A stretch of 64,000 nucleotides of DNA from assembly GCA_012295275.1 (NCBI GenBank), contig CM022666.1:15066001-15130000 (forward strand), given 5' to 3'. Shown one piece after another: positions 53,388 through 64,000 of this stretch; positions within the stretch are counted from its first letter, which is position 1; every line of letters begins with the position of its first letter. The notes beneath the pieces were generated by a model, which worked only from the letters and a program-made list of their open reading frames with translations, made no database searches and was not told the origin of the DNA. This DNA is from Chrysomallon squamiferum (Eukaryota > Animalia > Mollusca). A program made the position numbers and the translations under genes.

Positions 53388-54291
53388 ATTATAAAAGAAA
53401 TATTAACAATATAACAGAAAAGAATAGAAAACAAAGTAAATTAAAAACTGAAATAAAGCAATAAATAAATGATAAATAAACAAATATTTTCAATAACTAA
53501 GCAAATCAATTCAGATCTGATAAGGAAAGAAAGAAAAAAGGAAAGAAAAAAAAGAAACATACAACTTAAAGAAAAAAGGAAAGACAAAAAAGAAACATAC
53601 AACTTAAAGAAAAAACAAGACAATCAATAAGCAAAGAAATCAGATAAAGAAAAAATATATAAAAAGATAAATGAAGAAACAAACAAAAAAAAAATTAAAA
53701 AAAATTAAATAAATAAATAAAAAGATGAACAAAAAGTTAATTTGATTAGTTAAATAAAGAAAATAAAAAAAGAAGAAAGTAAGAAAAAATAACAAGCAAA
53801 TAAATAAAAACGAAAATTTAAATGAAATGAAATAAATATTATTAATTAAACTTTTTCTTTTTGTTTTTAATGGTGTATTAGATAATGATTTTTTGAAAAG
53901 GAAACTAATTTTATAAAGTAACAATTAATAAATTTAAAAATAAATAAATTTACTTGCTTGTACTTGGTGGTTATATTTATCGATTGAAAATTGAAATAAC
54001 TCTTCCGGATATATCGAAATAATCCTTACAGAGGTTGCTTCCCTTGAGCTATACCTGCAATACTTACAATAAGATGAATGGCAGAAAATCATTATGGTGT
54101 AACCGAAAGATTTTATTTATAAATTTTATTTATTTATTTTTTATTTTTATGTCTAATGTTGTTTAGTTCTTTTAGGTAACTAACAGTAAACCTTTTAAAG
54201 TCCACATTTGTTTAGTTTATTAATGTATTTTATATATATATATACAAATTTTAAAAATACCAAATTTTACAATGTTTAAAAATTTACTAAA

Positions 54292-54322
<31 letters not shown>

Positions 54323-55446
54323 GAATTAAAACAAACAGTTATTCTAGATAGGAAACTGAGTCGGGAAACGTGTATTTATTGATTAAAATTGAAACAACTG
54401 TTTCTGTGAATGGAAATAAGCCTTGCAGAAGTTACTTCCCTTTATGCTACAGGCAAATGTTACCGTTATTAAAAATAAATAAATAAATAAAAGATAAATT
54501 AAAAAACAACAACTAAATAATAAAAAAAAATATATAATGTAAATAAATAAATAAATAAATAAACATATAAATAAGTAAGTAAATAAATAAATCAGTAAAA
54601 CAGTAAATAAATATATAAACAAAATATTATAAACTAAAATAAAAGTAAAATAAAACTGTAAATCAGTGAATAAAACAGTCTGAAAAACAGACTTATTAAA
54701 TAGTTTTCCTCGGAACGTTATTTTTTTTTATTTTTATTTTTATTATTTTTATTTTTTTTCGATACATCCTTTTCTATTTTGTACCCTCAGTTTAACAGAA
54801 AGAAGAAAACCCCATCATCACTGTTTAGTATCGATCTCTCAGAAAGCCAAAATATCCCCGTCAGTCAGCGCACACTTTGCTTTCAATACTTTCTGAACAC
54901 TGACACAGACAAGTGAAGTCTGTGTAAATATTAGTCAAAGATGTGAGTTTTATATTGCAGCGTTCGTGGATGTACTGTATTTCTGACCAAGCATATTTCG
55001 TGTGATTATGGATTATATCGAACGTTTTAGAAACTGAATATGTCCGTTTGAGCCAATACGAGAAATGAACGCGATTTAAGACGCACACACGCACACACGC
55101 ACGATTAAACCGCATCGGTTCCGCACGAATAAATAAGAGTAAAAATAAAATGAAAATTTGAAAACATTTGTGTATGTTTGTGTCTGTTTCATTACTGATT
55201 AATTTATTTCATTTTATTATTTGACATTATATTATGATATTTAAAAAAAAAAAAATGTTGTTGCATTATTAAATAAATAAATAAATAGAAAAGACAATAT
55301 TAATCATAAAAAAGAGCAGTCCTAGGTTAATTGTTTGTTTGTTGTTTTTCTTGATTGTTTGTTTGTTTGTTGTTGTTTTGTTTGTGGGGGTTTGTGGTTT
55401 TTTTACTGGTGTGAGTTTTTTATTTTATTTTATTTATTTATTTATT

Positions 55447-55542
<96 letters not shown>

Positions 55543-55789
55543 AATTTTATTAATTAAGACGAACATCATAAACAAATATTTTAATTCTTTTGATTTTTTT
55601 TCTAAAAAGAAAGGATAAGAAAGGATAAGAACGGAATGAATAAATAATTAAATTGATTCTTTAATTAATTAATTACTAGTAATAAATAGTCAAGGAATAA
55701 ATTAAAATAAAGAAATAAAAAAAAAAAAAAAAAAAAAACAAAAAAGGCATGAAAAAGAAATAAAGAAACGAAAAGAAACGAAACTAAAC

Positions 55790-56100
55790 GAAGCAGGACG
55801 TAACTTTTCTGACGAGTATACCCAGTGGAACTCTCCACTTCTGTAGCGCTGGAGATTGGAAAATGCGAACCACCCAAAATGGCCGTTGGAAGTGACGGGC
55901 TTCTGCTCGTTCTTTAAATGTCTTAGTACGCCGTTCGTGGGCAAACATTTTGCTAACATTTTTATTCAGTGACAATTTCGAGCAGTGACGGTCCGCACGG
56001 GAATCGGGTCTCGTGAACGAGCGATGGATTAGAAAAAAGAGAGAGAGTGAGATAAAAAGTTCGTGAGATCGTTCCACGGGAGCTGGGTCAGAAAAGTTGT
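55790..56100 (+). promoter_or_regulatory. CpG-rich probable promoter/TSS region of the Rap2-like gene
   Basis: Local GC/CpG enrichment in AT-rich surroundings, AAAATGGCC (YY1-like) at ~55876, and 600-900 bp upstream of the ATG. Confidence 0.5.
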
Positions 56101-56704
56101 GAAATCAGACACTTGTTTCTTTGTTTATTTTCAGCTGACCAGATAACACACGACACCAGTCGGTGGCACATTAATTAGAGGAAGACCTGTTGCTTTATTA
56201 CAGTAAACTACCCTCGAGGGGTAGAATACGTCGTTTTTAATACACAGGGTGAAGTATAACGCAATATCACCCGGAAACTTGATTATTTGTCACTGTTTGG
56301 ATTTGCTTCGTTGACTTTTGTTGATTCGGGTTTGTTAGTTTAAACCCGTTCGTCACTGCACCAGGAAGGAGTGGTACCCAGAGACTAGGGTTGGGCTTTC
56401 GTGTGATGTTTTAGATATATTTTTTTTTTAAAGAACTGGTGACTGTATTTATATAATCTTTTTTGTTATTTAACTGGAAAAAAAAAAAATCTGTCAGAGT
56501 AACTAATTTAAACTAGTTAGTAGCAACTACTTCTAATTGTCACATTCTTTTATGTTTTTTTTTTTCTGATGCTCATTTTCATATTAGTTAAAGAAGACAG
56601 CCATAGAATCAAATCATCAGTTTCTTTACTTTTCTTAAATACCAAGTGTTTTTATGTAAAGCATTACAGCCCAACCGTTTCATTTTCCTCTGCTCTTTAA
56701 AAAC

Positions 56705-57245
56705 ATGAAGGAATACAAAGTGGTTGTTCTGGGTAGTGGGGGGGTTGGCAAAAGTGCGTTGACAGTGAAATTCGTTTCTGGGAACTTCATGGAAAAGTAC
56801 GACCCGACCATCGAAGACTTTTACAGGAAAGAGATCGAAGTGGACTCTGCTCCGTCGGTTTTGGAAATCCTGGATACCGCGGGCACGGAGCAAGTTTGCC
56901 TCCATGAGGGACCTGTACATAAAAAATGGCCAAGGTTTCGTTATAGTTTACAGCATAACTAGTTTACAGACCTTCCAGGATATTAAGACAATGCGGGAAC
57001 AGATAATGCGTGTTAAAGGGATTGAGAAAATTCCCATGATTCTCGTGGGCAATAAAGCCGACTTAGAACACCAGAGAGAGGTTCCGTCCTCCGAGGGGTC
57101 GTCACTGTCCCAGTACTGGGCGTGTCCGTTCTTAGAGACATCGGCGAAAAGTACTCAGAACGTCAACGAGGTGTTTATAGAAATTGTCCGAGAAATGAAC
57201 ACGAGTCCTGTGAAAGAGAAGAAAGGATGTTGTCTAATACTTTAG
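56705..57245 (+). CDS. RAP2: Ras-related protein Rap-2-like small GTPase, intronless CDS (one apparent +1 indel at ~56893)
   Basis: [70 protein letters not shown]-terminal CCLIL CaaX. The two ORFs in the track join if one base of CAAG is removed (541 nt = 180 codons + 1). Confidence 0.93.
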
Positions 57246-58382
57246 AGGTACGTACTGACCTGCACTTGTTTCGTTATTGGCTGTTGTGAAGTAAATGTAT
57301 GTTCATATAGATAGATTATAACAGGGTAAGAATCTAACATACAGATTAGTACACATTTTGTCAACGTGAAAAAGCTTCGAACACTAATTTTATTACTATT
57401 TATTTATTTATTTACTTATTTCATTTTATTTTCAAAGTCTCAACCACATTTTTCACTTTCATATATAAAAAGTGAAATACAACAGAACATTATCTGTATT
57501 GTTACACTATTCAGAACTTTGATTTTAAACAATCCTATATTCAAACAAACTACATTTATAGATCTTACTAAGTATTCATTTAAATATAGCATCATTCACT
57601 TTGTTGTGTGTTACAAAAATAGACTGTGTTAAAATACATCAAAGTACACTGTACTACACTGTAGTCGGTATCCATGGGGATGATGACATCACACCGCTGT
57701 CCACTGCTGTTTTATGACAAGTGTTCTCTCTGATGTATATCTGTTTACTTGTTAGGAACCAGCAAATGCACACAAGCACGCAAGTGCACATTGTGTAGAC
57801 TTTGTTACATTGATTTATTTTGTGTGTGGCAACGTCTCAAGTTGTTTTCTTTGTTATTTAATTACATGAACAATGAGAGTTTTTCACTGAGTTGTTTTAT
57901 CCTTTTATTTTGAATGAGAGAAGATATGTAGCTTTATTCTTCTCTTTCTCTCATACATACACACACACACACACACATATGCCTTTCTGAATATCTGTAT
58001 ACTCTCTCTCTCAAACAATCCATTCATTAATTCTTTATTAGCTTCACTTGCTATAGATTGACACTTAAAGACAATATTTCCCATTCTAACTAATGTTCAT
58101 TATGGTAAATCATAATGTTGATAGTTACCCCCTTAATTCCCAATCCAACTATAGTTGTTAAGGAGCAGTCACCTTAATTACTTCACAACAAAGGCTTCTT
58201 GACAGGAACTTGTTAAAGAATATTATTGTTTAACTGGTGGGAGTAGACCTGTTCTTTATTTTTAGGTAACAGATTAGTGTCACTATAATTTGACACACAA
58301 TAGAACTCATTAAATTATTGTCATTTGATGCTGTTGTTGTTTTTTTGACAGTATATGCTGATTTTTTGTGATTTTTAGATAC

Positions 58383-58675
58383 TGTTAAACAATGTATTCT
58401 GATTTTATCTTAATGTAAAACAATGTATTCTAATGTATATTAATATAAAACAATGTACTCTAATTTATCTTAATGTAAAACAATGTATTCTGATTTTATC
58501 TTAATGTAAAACAATGTATTCTAATGTATATTAATATAAAACAATGTACTCTAATTTATCTTAATGTAAAACAATGTATTCTGATTTTATCTTAATGTTA
58601 AACAATGTATTCTATTTTATTTTAATATAAAACAATGTATTGTAATTTATGTTAATGTTAAACAATGTGTTCTAA
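58383..58675. repeat. 30/31-bp minisatellite (~10 copies)
   Basis: TAATGTAAAACAATGTATTCTGATTTTATCT variants in tandem. Confidence 0.9.
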
Positions 58676-58949
58676 TTAGTTAAAATACATTGCATAAATC
58701 AGTAAACAACTGGGACTATTGTTATACAATGTTACACTAATTATTATACAGTTTTTCATTTTAAACAAATGTTTTTATTGTGGTTTCTATATTATTAATC
58801 CTGGTTTATGTGCGCTATGGTGGACAACATACACAACTTTATCATATTAAGCAATGGAGGCTAATTTTAAATATGTAATTTAAATAATATGTGCTAATTA
58901 TATATATATATACATACACATACACACACCTGTTTAAATAATAATTAAA

Positions 58950-59990
58950 AAAATTCATAAATTTATATGAAGATATCATAGGAGAGAGAGGAATATTTAA
59001 TTTTCATAAATTTAATTTCACTAGAAAAGATAAAAATTTGAAATCATTAAAGATTAAATTTTACTTATATATATATATATATAAAACACATATCCCATTC
59101 TAATTTTTTTAATGATAACTGTCTGTACCTTAAAATTATCTAACTTGTTCGTGGTTTCTACAAACAATAGTTTCTAGTACATTCACCACTTTGAAATTTA
59201 TAATAAAAATGTTCTTCCTTGAACAAATGTCCTGCACTGCATATATTTAGTTTGTATATTAATATTTATTACACACAGTATGAATTTCATCTGAATAGAA
59301 ATAGTCATATCATAGAGTATGTGATTGTTTAAATAATAAAAAAATTCAACAGTATTTATATATACTATCTCTGTTGAACTTTCTTTCTTTCTTTGTGTGT
59401 GTATGTACTTTAGTATTATTTTTCAGCTGATAGGTCATAGATTAATACAAATATTTCAACAAAGAAACTGTACAATGTTATGCACTCACTTAATGCAGAA
59501 TGTTGATATTTGATATATATTTATATTCGTATAAATGTTATGTCAAGTACAGTGTGTATTGCATATCACATATTATTTACATTTCAACAGACAGATCACA
59601 CACATTTTGTCCCGAATATTGTACAAAACAGTACATTCTGAACATTGTGTGTTCAAATACAAGTATTTCAGCTGAATACAGTTTGTATTGTATTATCATT
59701 AGTGTTGCAGCTGGTATATGTCTATGTGTTATTGCATATCATAGATATCATATTGATTTAAGTATTTCTACAGACATGTGATATACAGGCTGTTCTAAGG
59801 AATGCAGTTTTATAGAAAGTGTCAGCTTACTAAAAATATTTCAAAACACATTATATATGTAGCTTTTATTTAACATTGATTATAATGAAAATTATAAAAT
59901 ATTATGTTCAGTTTATATGCTATGCTATGCTGTTATTATATTATTATTATTATTACTATTATTATTATTATTTTATTATTATTATTATTA

Positions 59991-60021
<31 letters not shown>

Positions 60022-60720
60022 TATCAGGACAGAACTTTATTTGGTATGTCATACATTGTTATTAATATTTAAACATGTACATACACATTTTACTATATGT
60101 ATTATACATAATTATTAATACCCCAGCAATAATATCTCATATACATTTTATACTGTGTGTATTACACACACACACACACACACACATATATAAAATTATA
60201 CACACACATACACATTCTCATGCACATACAGACATACATACATACATACATACATACATACATACATACATACACACATACATACATTGCTAATAGTCCT
60301 GATATGTCAACAGACATGTACAGTAACTTTTGTATTGTATACTGTGTTATCACTGTACAAACTTTTAACAGATAACAGCTATAAAATAATATATACTTAA
60401 CCAGAGTGCAAAACAAGTTAGCATTTACAATGCATATTGTTGAAAGTGCTCTTGTCACTCAGTTAAACTATATTTAGCTGTTGTGAAATTTCTGTATGGC
60501 AGATTTATTGTTGGGCCACTGGAGAACATATTTTATTACTGTCAATGAAAGTAAAATGCTCTCATATAGCATGTGTTATTTTTCTGCCTGTTTAAATAAA
60601 AATAAAAATATTCATAAATGTGTATGAAGATATAACAGGAGAGAGATATATAAATATTTTCTTTTCGTAAATTTAATTTAACTGGAAAAGATAAAAATTG
60701 GAAATCATTAAAGATTAAAT
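58950..60720 (+). repeat. Dispersed ~110-bp direct duplication (58950-59060 and 60610-60720)
   Basis: Both copies read TTCATAAAT..TATGAAGATAT.A.AGGAGAGAGA...AAATTTAATTT.ACT.GAAAAGATAAAAATT.GAAATCATTAAAGATTAAATT. Confidence 0.8.
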
Positions 60721-63288
60721 TATGTGTGTTTATGTGTATCTATCTATCTATCTATCTATCTATATATTTAGTTAAACATTTGTAAATTGATGTTTAACAT
60801 ATTTCATTCTGGGCTGAATAATTGTCTTTTAAAAACAAACAGAAATATCAAAAAACAAAAATCCTTCTTATTAATAACAAAACGAGAATTCCTGACCATA
60901 CTGAATAAGACACTGTGAAAATGGAATTTTTTCTTGATAAAATAAATTGATCCGTCTGTGAGTGTGAAATACACAGTGAGAGGAATAGTGTCTAAATGCA
61001 GACTTAAATAACGAAGAAACAGGATTGTGTGAGCGAGAGATTTCATTAGACTAATAGTTCAGTTGATACGAGAGATATTTCATAATGATGGACTATGACA
61101 GATATGACATGTCTGTTAAAGGTGTGTGAGTGATGTTTCATAACATGGGAAATGTTTTACATCAGTGCTTTGAGACACAACTCGAAATGTAGCTTCAGAA
61201 TATTAATTATAACTGTATGAAGTGAATATGTTTAACGTATGTGAGTACTTCTGTGTGTGTGTGTGTGTGTGTGTGTGTACATGAGAGAGAGAGGGGGAAA
61301 AAAGGGACTGGATCTGCACATATGTGGAAAATATACCATGTTTCAATTTTGTCATTTTATTCATGTGTGTCACTATAATTCTTGTTTGTTTGTTGTTGTT
61401 TTTTTTGTTTTTTTTTAAATACTGGGATGGTGGCACAGCATGTAACATTTCCTGCCAGAATTATTCAATTTTAAACATTTTAAATTAAAAAAACATTTAG
61501 CATCATGCAATGTTATAATAACAGTATTAATAATAATGATAATAACAATAATATCTTATTTAATAATCGTCATCATCATCATCATTATTATCGTCGTTAT
61601 AATAATAATAAATATAATAATTATTATTATTATCATTATTATTATTATGATATTGTCGTCTTCATTTGTCTCTTTCTGTTATTATTTTCTTTCGCTGGAC
61701 TCTTTTCTGCTTTCCGTCCTCTTTCTCCTAAACGAGTTATTGATTCTTTTGTGCACAAAGATGGAGAGATACATTAAATGCAGCTGTTTCTATGCAGGAA
61801 TAATTCAGTTCATTAAGCACATCTCATGCTTTCTGGCTGTTCACTGTTGATAGGTTGTGACATTATGATGTCATGCCTAGTTACAGCACTGAGAAATGCA
61901 GCCAAATGTTCAACATTGTTCTAAATACTGCCAGTAATTAAAAAAAAATCTAATAACAGTAAAATACTTTGTACTACACATTTTAAGGCAGTTCTGACAA
62001 TAAAATAGAGAAATACTATTTATATGATCATACTTAATTTATCATATTAAAACATTTTATAAAAGAAATTATGCTGCTGAATATAATTTTTTTTTTTTTT
62101 TTTTTTTTTAATTGTAATAATAAAAGATATTGTTTTTAAATAGTATTTAAAAATGTAGCTAAATGTTTAAACACTGTTTAACAGATAATTAAAAATATGT
62201 TTTAATATGTGTATTATGATGTAGAGCGTTACAGTATTGAAAAAAGTAGTCAAATACATACATTTTTTTAAAACACTGGCTTTTATGCTTTAAAGTTGTA
62301 TAATTGATAACAGAATAAGGAAATGTTGTGCTCTGTCTATTAGCAAAATACATAGTATTGAATTTTTTGTTTTTAAACTGCGATTTAAAAAAATGTTTAA
62401 TTATTATTTATATAAAAGATAATAAAATATAGGAATATTGTACTATTACAATATCATGCCTAGTTACAGAGTTGAAAAAAACACTAAATGTAGCTGAACA
62501 TTTAACACTAGAAGAATATATATATATTTTTAAACAATGAAATACAGGAATATTGTTGTGTGTGATAAATTCATCTTCAGTGCAGGAATAAAATAAAGGT
62601 CCCAGCATGCATAGAGGCTCAGATCAGGCTGATAAATGGAGGAATAAAAAGTAATTTAGACCATAATGGTGATTTGACTGATAGCACAATCTGAGTCATA
62701 GAGTGAAATAGAAAATATTAATATTAAACATTTTAATTTTTTTTTTAGACAAATATTTGTCGTGTTATACTGTTAGTGACAATAAAGTTATATTTTTGGG
62801 GTGTTTTTTCTTTCCTAGAAATGAATTTACTAAAGTGTTACAGTTAGCGATTTTATCATAGATTAAATTTTATCATACTTTCTTAGCCAACACAGCAAAT
62901 ATGTGGAATTTTTTTGAATTTAAGTAGACCGATCATTTGAGAAGTGAATCTACATCTAAATATGAATTCCATTTATTTTTCATATATAGCTTGCATATAT
63001 AGTCTGCAGGATTTTTAAAATAATATTTTTTATAATTTTGTGCATAACCTATTGTTTGTATATGCACTAAAGTCTGAAAAGATTTTATTATTATTATTTC
63101 TGCTGCATGGAAAAAGTTTCATAATTCTGAATTCCAGATAAGGCATCCTCAAACTGTGTGTATGCATGTGTGTGTGTATAATCATCTTCTTTTATCTGTG
63201 AGAAAAAGAAACAAACAGAATGTGTGCTTCATAATCATATTTATTTAACAGTGTTTGTTTCTTCAATCTTTTCTAATAATTTACTATG

Positions 63289-63389
<101 letters not shown>

Positions 63390-64000
63390 GCTCTATCTTC
63401 CTGTCTAACATGTACATTGATGTTTGAAGTACAGTCAGTAGTAGGCTGTTGAAATTTAAGCTTGTACAGATGTGTACACATCCTGTAGTGTATTACATCA
63501 CAATACTAAATCACCTGGACAATTTGTATGTTTCCATTGTAACAAATTAATTCATGCAGGTAATGAGGTTTTGGGTGTGTTTGTGATTCATTCAGCCACC
63601 TTGAAATAACAATAACAATAACCTGTACACAAACACACACACACAAACACTGAAAAAATAAATCACACCTATTGTCTTTTTTTCTAACAGGTAAATAAAA
63701 AATGACAGGTAGAAAACTGCAGGTGATAAATGTTGTTATTGATTTAATTGTCTTGTTGATTACCTGGCAGTCTTCTTGTTACAAGTGGTAATGAAATTGA
63801 CTGATAGGTGATGACAGCATTTAGTTAGTGCAAAGACTAAACTCAGTCAATCCTACTCCAAACATTCTTTTATATAATATATATATTACCTTGACTTATA
63901 AAACAATTGTAATTTCAAAATAATAATTATTAGAGCCATTCATAATGATTAATTAAAAATATAATATCTGTTTGTAGTTACTAATTATAAATCTCTGGGC

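Noticed and set aside
56705-57245. Rap2 as a processed pseudogene
   Set aside because: Only one lesion, best explained as merged alleles; all GTPase motifs and the CaaX box are intact and a promoter-like region is present.
63675-63700. TTTTTCTAACAG|GTAAAT resembling a recursive splice site or zero-length exon
   Set aside because: No host intron is identifiable in the window, and such a motif is expected by chance in AT-rich DNA.

Overview
AT-rich, microsatellite-laden animal genomic DNA with spliceosomal introns; invertebrate, possibly a mollusc (inference only). It holds four protein-coding genes: (1) mannose-6-phosphate isomerase (+, 318-4284, first exon upstream of the window); (2) a 13-exon GDPD5/GDE2-like six-TM glycerophosphodiesterase (-, 14649-23514); (3) an unrecognised type-I membrane receptor (+, 26615-~51020); (4) an intronless Rap2-like GTPase (+, 56705-57245). 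The receptor has a signal peptide, five atypical V-like Ig domains and one TM helix. Its ~125-aa distal cytoplasmic tail is apparently built from about 21 consecutive micro-exons of 5-31 nt that strictly alternate intron phase (1->2, 2->1) and arose by tandem duplication of a two-micro-exon cassette. This micro-exon tail is invisible in the ORF track and is the most notable feature. Also present: a minisatellite that copies an MPI splice acceptor nine times, a Tigger/pogo deletion derivative, and single-base frameshifts in the three conserved genes that are probably assembly errors. All exon models were read by eye from splice signals and frame; none has transcript support.
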